Source: Rozella allomycis CSF55
Lineage: Eukaryota
Length of the DNA stretch: 20,000 nucleotides
Direction of reading: 5' to 3'
Assembly (NCBI GenBank): GCA_000442015.1
Contig: KE561079.1
Location: forward strand, 45,194-65,193
The notes beneath the pieces are model-generated. The model was not told where the DNA came from. It did no database searches and saw only the letters and a list, made by a program, of their open reading frames with translations. This document shows positions 1-9,961 of this stretch, piece after piece. The position numbers and the translations under genes were made by a program. Within the stretch, counting starts at the first letter, position 1; every line of letters begins with the position of its first letter.

Positions 1-2
1 CC

Positions 3-281
3 CATGCATATCTTCAAATGCTTTCTATCCTTCCCGAAGCAAAAGAAGCTGTTTCCAATATTGGAACTTACTTGGAAAATGTGTTTAAACAAGATTACAA
101 TTATCGCCCCAAAAGACCCGGCTTGTATAAAACTTTTCGTCGTTTCAAAGAACAACATTCAACTTCAACTATATTTGATAGCAATGAATTTACATATCAT
201 GAAACAGTGGAGGAATTCAGTGATAACAAACATCGAATAAAAAGTGAAGCAGACCTGATAAAAAGAAAATACACGATTTGA
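3..281 (+). CDS. 3' end of an unidentified protein-coding gene (partial, runs off the window start)
   Basis: Frame is open from position 3 to TGA 279-281. AATAAA at 281-286 overlaps the stop, as in most other genes in the window. No recognisable domain. Confidence 0.55.
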   Translation, partial: HAYLQMLSILPEAKEAVSNIGTYLENVFKQDYNYRPKRPGLYKTFRRFKEQHSTSTIFDSNEFTYHETVEEFSDNKHRIKSEADLIKRKYTI

Positions 282-333
282 ATAAAAATTTGAATGCAAT
301 ATTAGTTACAAAATATATGATAATTTATGAGTT

Positions 334-792
334 TTATCTGGACATGGCCAGTTTTTGTGACAGAAATTCTTTTTGAGATAAAAGTATTTGCTTTTCCTTT
401 TCAAGAACTAAAATATGTTGTGACGCCGAGGTTAATATTTCCCATTTGCTTGCTCTGGTATGCATTTGTAGCGAAGGGGTAGACATGCGAAGTTCATCAA
501 ACAAGTCTTTCAATTCTTTTCTTCTTCGTCTTTCTGCGAGTTTATGTGATTCTTTAGACTCTAGTTTATTACTAACTACATTTGTGCTGGCTTCCGAATT
601 ATTTATGCTTGGTAAAATATATGGTACAGTAAGTCGAATCGCCGGCAGTGACATTCTGCGGCTCAAGTCATCTCCAGGCGGAACTTGCAGAGAATTATGC
701 AAGGAATATTCTCGTGGCAGGCGATGATAAGGAGGATACGCAAGAGAAGGTGTGATTTCGTTCGCTTTTAAACCATCTATATTCGGTTGCAT
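334..792 (-). CDS. bHLH(-zipper) transcription factor, fungal Esc1-like / Max-type
   Basis: SHKLAERRRRKELKDLFDELR...RASKWEILTSASQHILVLEKEK gives the basic region with E-box H-E-R residues, helix-loop-helix, and a short coiled coil. It closely resembles the HKLAERKRRKE.K.LFD.L...SKW pattern of fungal Esc1-like bHLHs. Confidence 0.85.
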   Translation of the reverse strand: MQPNIDGLKANEITPSLAYPPYHRLPREYSLHNSLQVPPGDDLSRRMSLPAIRLTVPYILPSINNSEASTNVVSNKLESKESHKLAERRRRKELKDLFDELRMSTPSLQMHTRASKWEILTSASQHILVLEKEKQILLSQKEFLSQKLAMSR

Positions 793-892
793 GTTTCAGT
801 GGCTTTGATCTTTTAGAATTTTAGTGATTCATCATTTTACGGCCTATTTATAAAATGATTACTTTTCAGAATTAAATTTATAAAAATTCTCA
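793..892. promoter_or_regulatory. Putative 100-bp bidirectional promoter (bHLH / FAM149-like)
   Basis: Head-to-head start codons at 792 (-) and 893 (+). AT-rich, with two TTTATAAAA elements. Confidence 0.4.
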
Positions 893-2763
893 ATGAGTCA
901 ACAACAAAGCTTTTTTGATGATTCATCTTCCCATTCATCCACACTTCAATCGTGGGTTTTCTCAGATGATGATGTCCAGTTTCAAAACAATGTCGCACAA
1001 CAAGCACTAGACGATTTTGAAGAAGAATACGAAAATGGTACAGAATATAAGGAGTGGAGGAAAATTTTGCCCAGGTTAAGGTAAGGTTGAAAGTAATTGC
1101 TTTTCAGATTAAAAGGCTCTTCATTGCTATGTTTAAAAAGTTCTTATACGGAACAAGCTCCCTTGTCACCGTATGTCTCTCGGATTCCTAAATTGAATCA
1201 GCAGAATAATTATAGTCCCTTGGAAAACGTACTCTTCTGCAGCAAATTATCTCAAGATGACTTTTTTAACAGCAAGACGCCATCAAAAACACTAGAAGGA
1301 CCTGATGTGCATTTAAGGATAGGCGAAAAGTTCAATTTTCCACACAAAGATATTGAAGAATATTTTGATCGATTAACTAATGGTGATGGATTTACTATTG
1401 ATTATTTTGCCATTTTAACAAATTCTGAAGGCGATGTGACCTTATGTCCATATGTTAGTGATGTCAGCTGGTTCGAATTGTTGTCAGCTTTGAACTCAAA
1501 AACAGAAATGTGCTTATGGTGTAGATTACCCATTGGTTTAGCAGAAGAAAACCTTAAATTTTCTTGTTCAGTTTTCTCAACGTTCGGATTATTCTACTTT
1601 GTACCAGGAAACATGAAAGGCAGGCCTGTCCCTTCTATATTTGATTTCTTGCCGTTTAATTTAACTTCCAGTGCCCCAGTCATGGAAGTTTGTGATCTTA
1701 AAGCTACAATCATTTTTGACAATGTCAAATCCTATTATAACAATAGAGGGGAAGAGATTATTTGCAAAGATGGGGAGGAAGAGGAAATAATTGTTAATGA
1801 CTATCCTTTAGAAGCCCAGATCACAAGGTAATAATAAGAAGTCTCTGAAACAGCAATGACATGAATTTGGAGACGATTGACCAAAAATATGAAGAAATTT
1901 GGCCGCAAGTAAGTTTGATATATGAATTGAATCAGATTTTGGAGCTTGCGCTGCCTAAATTAAATTCACAGCAAGAATGTTTTTCGTCATGTAATGACGC
2001 CGTTTCGACCACCACTGGTGGTACCTTGTCTTTCAAATCGTTATCGAGCGTTGAAAACACTAAATTAGTAGAATTAATAACAGAAAAGTAATTAATAATC
2101 TTAATAGAGAAAAGCAAGACGGCCGTCACCTCATTTGCAACCTGAATCTAAACAAGTGATGCGGCCATTCAAATCGGCTAGGCCAATCACGGAAACCCTA
2201 AAAGAAACGCCAACTAAATCTATTTTAACCAAAAAGTACAAATTTTACATCAGTAATCATTCAAGTGTACTCAGGCCTTTGAAATCTGCATATCCTAGAG
2301 TTCTATCTGCTATTAATACAGAAAAGTAACTATAGCAGATTAATTCAAAAGAAATTTCTATAGCAGGCCCGGAACTGGTCAATTTTTTAGAAAGCTTCCA
2401 CCTCTTCCTCCATTAAATAGAGACAGAGAAAGAGAAAGAAGTGGGATTATAAATTTCGACGGAAAAAGTAGTTACCAAAATTCTAAGGTAGATAAGTTAC
2501 TAAATATTTTTACAGAATAATGACGAGGGCGCCAGACAGCCGGGTGGCAAATTATCTAGGTATGAATCAGCAATGCAACCTAAACTAGATCTGCATGGTC
2601 AACTCGGTCTCAAAAAGAAGACAAAAAGGAAGACGCCTTGAATCTGGATACAATAAAGGGAGTGAGTATGAAGATAAGTACTTTTATTTAATTGATTATA
2701 GCAGATAAACTTGCTACTAGCTTTTCAAAGCCCAAGAGAACAGTGTCGTTTCAAAATCACTAA
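893..2763 (+). CDS. Multi-exon FAM149-like (DUF3719) protein, putative cilium-assembly factor
   Basis: Frame-consistent introns 1081-1107, 1828-1853, one ambiguous near 2068/2088-2107/2118, 2326-2351, 2488-2515, 2560-2588 and 2678-2704; stop TAA 2761-2763. N-terminal S-rich SW..DD...AQQ....EEE...EW...LPRLRLKG matches the DUF3719 pattern. The later EEIICKDGEEEEIIVND matches the second FAM149 block. The tail is low-complexity with RPxS/T and LPPL motifs. Confidence 0.6.
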
Positions 2764-2801
2764 ATAAAGTTATAATTAATCAAAAATTATAAATCAAATA
2801 T

Positions 2802-3984
2802 ATGAGCAAGTTTGAGTGTAATTTTAATAGTTTTTTTGTTTGAGATTGGTAGTGAACGACATTGTTTGGGAAAATTCTAAAATGAGCGAAAACTCGGCAT
2901 CGTCTTCCGTTTTTTCTCTCCTTAGCTCCTTGACCAATTTAGTGTTTGATGATAAAAGACCCAAGACTCCAATAAAGCAAGAAGCAAAATTGTCCAAAAC
3001 TAGCACGCCAAAATCGGTGAAAAATGATGCTACCAAAACTCCTTCGAAAAGTTCGAATTCTATGATACATTCTACTCCAAAAAAGAATGCTACAACTTAT
3101 TGGAAAACTCCCGTGAAAAAGGCAGTGTCAACTTTGAAGAATGCAATTAATGTTCATCAGGAGGCTTTTCATTCAGAAGAAACTGAAGAGGAACTCTTTT
3201 CTCCTTCGTTTCATGTTGATGAAGCAGAAGATGAAGAGGATTTGACAGCGTATATGACAGCTGAAGACGAACTTCCTCAAGACGATGATATGTTTAACCC
3301 ATTTACATTTATTAGGTATTTACCTGACTTGTCGAATTTCCCACCTAGAAAAGTTAATTTGCCTCGAAAAACCAGGAGTTGCCCACCGATAACGCTGGTG
3401 CTTGATTTGGATGAGACCCTTGTTCATTGTTCAACGACTCCATTGAAAACATATGATCTTACTTTTGAAGTTGAGTTTAATAGTGAGCATTACACTGTTT
3501 ATGTATTGAAAAGACCATTTTTGCAAGAATTCTTAGAAAAGGTGTCGACAATGTTTGAGGTGGTTATCTTTACGGCATCACAAAAAGTTTACGCGGATAA
3601 ACTTTTGAATATTCTTGATCCTAATAGGAAATATATAAAGTAAGAGCGAGTTTAAAGTTTTATAGGCACCGTTTGTTTAGAGATAGTTGTTTGTATGTGC
3701 ATGGGAATTATTTGAAAGATTTGACGGTTCTTGGAAGAGATTTAAGCCAAACGATAATAGTTGATAATGCACCCCAGTCTTTTGGGTTTCAAGTACGTTG
3801 AATTTCGAGAGTGAATAAGTTGAGCAATGGAATACCAATAGAGTCATGGTATGGCGCTAGAGATGATACCCAACTTTTGTCAGTTTTGGAATTTCTTTCA
3901 GATATTGTTGGTGTGACGGACGTTAGACCTACCATAGAAAATGCATTCCGACTAAAAGAATTGGTCTATGGAAGACAAAAATAA
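2802..3984 (+). CDS. CTDSPL2: NIF/FCP1-homology HAD phosphatase, CTD small phosphatase-like 2 (SCP4) type
   Basis: Motifs [25 protein letters not shown] (DxDxT), [56 protein letters not shown] and NGIPIESW. Introns 3640-3665 and 3793-3819. Start is uncertain: ATG 2802 with a first intron (2816-2844 or 2818-2852), or ATG 2882. Confidence 0.88.
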
Positions 3985-4012
3985 ATAGTTTCATTGAGAG
4001 GAATTTAAGTTT

Positions 4013-6040
4013 TTATTTATTTTCTAACAAAATAAACAAAGAATTTCTTTCTCGCTTGTTAATCATCACGTTAATCAAATTTCTACCCTTCCATACAAGA
4101 AATTTGAAATCTTCAGCGCAAAGGATCATTGATCCTGTTGGTATGTCTATTTATATTTCTAACAATAAATTGTTACCTTCCAACCCGTAAGATCTACTAA
4201 GCTCATGGAACCTAGTCTTTTCTTTGGATAAAATTAGTTTCGCATCTGCCATGTCTATCTTCATACTTCTATGGGAAATGAATGGACTAATAGAGTATAA
4301 AGCTTCCTGATGAAATCTAAAAGGACAAAGTCTAACGTCATCAGCAGGTCCATCGTGTCTAGAAAATGTTTTGACTCCTGTATTTATAACACAAAGCTTT
4401 TTGGCTTGTCTGGATTCCAAATACTCTCTCACTTTATTTGATACAAAGTAAATTGAGTTGGGAATACAATAAACCTTGTCGTTCCTTATCACAAAGTTGG
4501 AAAATGGAAAACTCTCAGAAAATCCATAAAATGATTTAACAGAATCAAGATAACTTTGATTGGAAAGGAATACAAAAGGTTCTTCGCGATATCCATTGCT
4601 TGGTCTTTGTGGCTCTAAAATAACAGCGTCAGTATTTGAAATTTCGCATTTATCACCCTGGTCCTTTGAATCACTCTCAAGACTATTTAACATTTCTTGG
4701 CATTCCTTTAATTCGTCTTTCTCTTTCTTCATTTCTTCAGTAGCTTTACATATTTCTTTCATGTTGCCTATCTTTTCAAAGACAGCTACAAAAAACCCTC
4801 CTGTGTTTTGGTCGTGTGGAAGAAACCTCATACATCTTTCCAAAGGAATATTTTCTTCTTCAGTGGGAGGAAATATTGACTTTTTCCATTTGACGTATTT
4901 TGAAGGAACCTGATCATATGAGTCATAAACATCTCCCTGGGTATCCATGATCTATTAGAATTCCAAATTAAAATTACTTTCCAAGTTTTAAGCCCAGGAC
5001 GAGCCTTTAAATCTTTGTGCTTCAAAGTGAAGCCATCAAGTAACTTTAGGGATTCAGGATAAAGACGTAAAATTTCAGCAACAACCGCTTCATTCTCGGC
5101 AGGATTAAAAGAGCAAGTGGAATAAACTATTCTTCCTCCTATTCTTGTAAGCTCACAGCCTCTTTGCAATAATCGTAACTGGAGAGGATGCAATCCAATA
5201 CCCACAGAAGGCGTCCATTTTCTCCACATGGCCATGTTTTTTCTAAGTGTACCATCGCCACTACAAGGAACATCACACAAAACCCTGTCGAATAAAATTG
5301 GATTCTTCTCATTGTCATTTAAAGTTGGAAATTGTGTTCCATCATGATTAGTAACGAGTAACATTGGAGAAAGCATTCGCTTTGCTTGATGGACAAGAAG
5401 ATACGCTCTTTTATGGTCAGCATCATTAGCAACAACCATTCCATCTGATTAACGTAAAGCAAAAATATTTACCTGGAAATCCTTCGGAGCATTGTTGATG
5501 CATCAACTGCAGAATCTGTGTAGTCTTAGAACCAGGAGACGCACACATATCCAACACACGATGCTCTGGCTTTAGATCCAGAAATAGTGGGGGGATCATA
5601 CTAACCGCCTCTTGCCGACAAATATTTCCAACATCTGTTTCCGCAACTAAATACTGATGGAACTGTTTATGTTCAGGACTCTTTCGTATTCCAACAGCAG
5701 ATACCTGGACTTGATACGCAAGATCACCAGGGAACCAAGTCAACGGACTCACATTACCTAATGTAGGGAAATGCTTTTTATAAAGTTGCTCCCTCATTTC
5801 ATTACACAAAGCAGTAGATGGCGCTGACAATCGAAAAGATACAGGCAATTTGGTCTTTAAGATCTCATAAAATTCTTCAAATTCTTCATCTGGAACTATT
5901 TCGTTTAAACGGTAAAATTTTTCAAACTTCTCATTCTTGTATTCAATATTATACGAATCGTAGGTCGTGTTCACTTTATCTTGGTTTGTTTCATCGACTT
6001 TAGGTTTTTTATGGTTTCTTGAATTCTTTTTGCGACCCAT
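4013..6040 (-). CDS. NCL1: tRNA (cytosine-5)-methyltransferase NSUN2/Trm4 (Ncl1)
   Basis: Motifs RQEAVSMIPP, VLDMCASPGSKT, FDRVLCDVPCSGDGT, YSTCSFNPAENEAV and RFLPHDQNTGGFFVAV. Minus-strand introns 5445-5472, 4952-4977 and 4147-4176 join the ORF pieces in frame; stop at 4013-4015. Confidence 0.95.
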
Positions 6041-6209
6041 TTTGACTTAGCCACGTCTGCGCTATTGTTCAATAAGTAATTGCAGCAGATAATGAAAAAT
6101 GTGAATCATTGAATTGCAATTATATGTTTCACGTTGAAATTGCTCTTCATCTTGTTACAAAACATAATGAGGACAATACTTAAATTTGGTTTTTGTGTGG
6201 CTTGGTCAT
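6041..6209. promoter_or_regulatory. Putative 169-bp bidirectional promoter (NCL1 / GPN3)
   Basis: Head-to-head start codons at 6040 (-) and 6210 (+). Confidence 0.4.
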
Positions 6210-7143
6210 ATGCTCTACGCATTATTTGTCATAGGACCAGCAGGAAATGGAAAAGTAAAATAATATGAATATAGAAAATATAAGACCACTTTATGCTCCA
6301 CGCTGATAGAGTATTTGCAGAACTCTAAGCGATCTGTTCACCTCGTAAATCTTGATCCAGCGGCAGATTATTTTGAGCATATTGAGCCTTCGATAGATAT
6401 CAAAGATTTAGTTACAGTGGATGAAGTTATGCAAGAATGTAATTATGGACCTAACGGTGGACTTTTGTATTGTTACGAGTAAAGAACATTAAAGATTATA
6501 AGTAAGACTTCTTTTTGATAATGTGGATTGGTTGCAAGAACAAATAGGTGGCTATTCGGAGGATTTTCTTATAGTTGACTGTCCAGGTACCATTTTTATT
6601 TTGAGGAGATGAGGTCAAATTGAGCTATATACTCATGTACCCTACATGAAACAAGTGATAGATCTTTTCCAAAACAAATTTAACTATCGCGTTTGCGGGG
6701 CTTATTGTATGGAAAGCTCATTTGTTGTAGATCCATCCAAATATTTTTCTGGAGTGCTTTGTGCCATGTCGGCAATGATCCAATTAGAAATTCCTTATAT
6801 TAATGTCATGACCAAGATGGATCTAATGCCCAAAGATTCTCCGATGGTTGATAGGTATTAATCTCTCTCGTCAATTATTAGGTTTTTGGATGTTGACACT
6901 AGTCTTTTGCTAGAAACTGCCAATAGGGCTTCACACGACAAGTATCGAAGTTTGAACGAAACGATCGTCAGATTGATTGATGATTATTCAATGGTCAAAT
7001 TTGTTCCTCTGGATCGCACTGATGAAGAATCAATTGAAAGGTTAATGCTAGAGATTGACAATGCCCTTCAAGTGTGGGATGATGAAGAGCCGAAAGAAGG
7101 AAAAGAATTTGATCAAGGAGAAGATTATGACAATGACGACTAA
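6210..7143 (+). CDS. GPN3: GPN-loop GTPase 3
   Basis: P-loop GPAGNGKTT, VNLDPAA, YGPNGGL (GPN loop), DCPGQIELYTH, SAMIQLEIPYINVMTKMDL and LIDDYSMVKFVPLD. Introns 6255-6284, 6479-6506, 6587-6613 and 6855-6881. Confidence 0.92.
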
Positions 7144-7201
7144 AAATAAACTCATTTTTCTAGATGACCTTCTTATTTTCGATGCGTAAATTTCCGAAAA
7201 A

Positions 7202-9897
7202 ATGTTTCCGAACATTGAAAGAAATATATCCCCAACTTTGATAATCGACAAAAAATTAAACATTAAAAGTTTGAGTAATTCATTTTACACAAAGCTTGGG
7301 ATTGACACTAGTGTTATATTCAGGAACCTCAAGGATCATTTAAAGCCTATTGAGCCTGAAATATATGGAGTTAAATATTTGAATGATTTAACATACCTTA
7401 AGAAGACAGATTATTCGGTTCTTGATTTCAATGGACATGAATTATACCATTTAGAAGTGTATCCAGACTTGCGANCCATTTAGAAGTGTACCCAGACTTG
7501 CGACTTCCGGTCACATTGGAAAGGGGAGATCAAAAGATGGAAGAAGATTTCTTTATTATAGAAGTACAAAATGTGTATTGCTGCTTGAAATCATTGATCC
7601 TTTTAGAAAGATGCACATCGATATTAAAGAAGAGTGGAATATTTATTACCAACCATGAAGGCTACATTGAGATGACAAATTCATTAGCAGATTCAATGTT
7701 TAAAGTTTCAGATATATCAGAGTCGGAAGATAAGAATGTTTTGAAGTTTTTCAAGGCCGAAGTGAAAGAGTTTATTAAGCAAGTAAAGGAGACAGGCAAG
7801 CCCAAGAGACAGATGAGAACAGTGGCTTATGTTCCAGATGGACAAACAATGACAACAGATTTTGATATAGATGGATTTGAAATATGTGGTGAGTGGACAT
7901 TTGTGATCCGAGTGACGGACACAAGAAGCCATTCATTTGGAGAGTTAGAATTCCAGAGTGTGGTAGATACGGCAGTTGATCCCATCTTGATAGCGAATAG
8001 CACAGGCATAATTCAGTTTGTAAATAAAGCGACAGTTAAAAATTTTGGATTTGAGGAATCAGAATTGTTGGGTGAAAATTTGAATATGTTGATGCCATCA
8101 CCTGATAAAGAAAAGCATGATGGGTACATGTTGAACTATAGACGTACTAATAAGCCTAAAGTGTTAGGCATTGGCAGAGAAGTTGTTGCAAAGAGAAAGA
8201 ATGGCGAAATGTTTCCAGCAGAATTGGCAGTGAGTGAATTCATTCATGATGATGAAATAAAGTTTACAGGGATTTTACGTGATATTTCAGAAAAGAAGAA
8301 GGCCCAGCAGAGGATTTTGGAAGCAGAGAAGGCGATATACAAGACTGAAGCTGAATACAAAGCAAAGTCTGAAGTGTTTGCATTTATGAGTCACGAGCTT
8401 AGAACACCAATGAATGGAGTACTTTGTATGACGACAATGTTGAGAGATACACCCTTGACGCAAGAACAAAGTGAAGTTGTTGATATTATTAGAGCCTCTT
8501 CAGAGAATTTACTTCATGTAATTAATAACATTTTAGATCTTTCAAAAATTGATGCACAAAAAGTAAATCTAGAACAAATAGATTTTGATCTTCATTCAGT
8601 AATTCTTTCAGTTTTAGAAATCACCCAACCAACAGCTAATAAGAAGCAAGTAGAAACATTTTTAGATTATCCAAATAATTTATCTTTAATAATGAATGGA
8701 GATCCAACAAGGTTACGTCAAGTAATTATGAATCTTGTTGGCAATGCTGTAAAGTTTACAGATAAAGGACACGTATGCGTTCAAGCGTACAAGGAAGAAA
8801 ATAAATTGAAAATTATTGTTAAAGATACAGGGATTGGAATCCCAGAGTCTGATTTACCACACCTATTTGATCATGTTTATCAAACTAAAGCAGCTGTAAC
8901 CAGATCACATGGAGGAACAGGTTTAGGTTTAACTATCAGCCAAAGACTTTGCCAATTAATGGATGGATCGATTTCTTGTTCTTCTCTTGTTAACCAGGGT
9001 AGCACTTTCACAGTAGAAATTCCTTGGAAAGATCCTCTTAAATTCGTGGATACGATTTTCTCAAAATTAAAGATATCTAAGATTGTTCTGTTCCATTCAA
9101 ATTCATTAGTTTCACCTCAAATTGTTTCTGACTTTGTCAAGTGTGGCTGTGTCGTATTAGATTTGTTACTTTTACATCCAAATGAAATTGATTCTGATGT
9201 TGATTTAATTATTATAGACGTTAACACTTCAGGTATTGAAAGACTTCTTTCAGACGATTGGAAAATTATTATTGAAAAACATAAAGCAAAAATTATCTTA
9301 ATGCACAACTATGACACTTTTATTGATTGGAAACAATTTAGAAACATGGGCCTAAATTTTGTTATACGAAAGCCTTATTCTCTTCCAAAAATTCTTTCAA
9401 TTGTTGCTAAAATGCAATCTGTTGAACTAAAAGAAATTAGCCTCTTTAACAGCAATCAACTAAAAATATCAACAATATTTACTAGCGCCGAAAAAGACAT
9501 TCTAAAAAGACTAAAGGTTCTTGTTGCTGAAGATAACGATATCAATCAAACTATAATGCGTTCATTCCTCTTAAAGTTCGGTATTAATCAAGTGCAAATG
9601 GCCGGTGATGGAGTAGAAGCTCTTGAATTGTTCAAAAGATCTAAATATGATCTTGTTTTAATGGACTTGATGATGCCTAGGATGGGTGGTGTTGAAGCGG
9701 CAAAATTAATCAGAGAATACGAACTATTAAAGCAATTAGAGAAAACTATAATTATTGCAGTCACGGCAGACGTAATCATAAACCCCAAAAGTGCTTTTCT
9801 TGACACTATGGAAGACGCTATTACAAAACCAATTGATCATTATATACTGGCACAAAAGATTCGTAAATATTTTCTTGATAATACTAAATCGAAATAA
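7202..9897 (+). CDS. Intronless hybrid sensor histidine kinase: degenerate PAS, FixL-like heme PAS, HisKA, HATPase_c, degenerate receiver, receiver
   Basis: H-box MSHELRTPMNG (His codon 8392), N-box NLVGNAVKFT, G1 DTGIGI, G2 GGTGLGL, and receiver VLVAEDN...DLVLMDLMMP (Asp codon 9664)...TAD...KP. ORFs 7202-7483 and 7486-9897 become one 888-aa frame once the 28-bp duplicate plus N at 7475 is collapsed. Confidence 0.93.
7447..7503. repeat. 28-bp direct duplication flanking a single N (probable unmerged contig overlap)
   Basis: ccatttagaagtgtaTccagacttgcga-N-ccatttagaagtgtaCccagacttgcga. The single T/C difference is synonymous (TAT/TAC). Confidence 0.9.
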
Positions 9898-9961
9898 ATA
9901 CTCATTCATTTTTAAATTTTATTCTTTGTACTTTGTAGCTATTTTGTAAACAAACTACAAT

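Noticed and set aside
7447-7503. Apparent frameshift splitting the histidine kinase into two ORFs (pseudogene or programmed frameshift)
   Set aside because: A 28-bp duplicate on either side of one N with a single synonymous difference is typical of an unmerged, possibly heterozygous contig overlap. Collapsing it restores a single ORF.
9946-9953. GTAAACAA forkhead (FoxJ1-like) site upstream of CFAP44; also an X-box-like GTAACTAAGGATAT near 17530
   Set aside because: Short or degenerate motifs in AT-rich DNA are expected by chance and cannot be supported without enrichment analysis.
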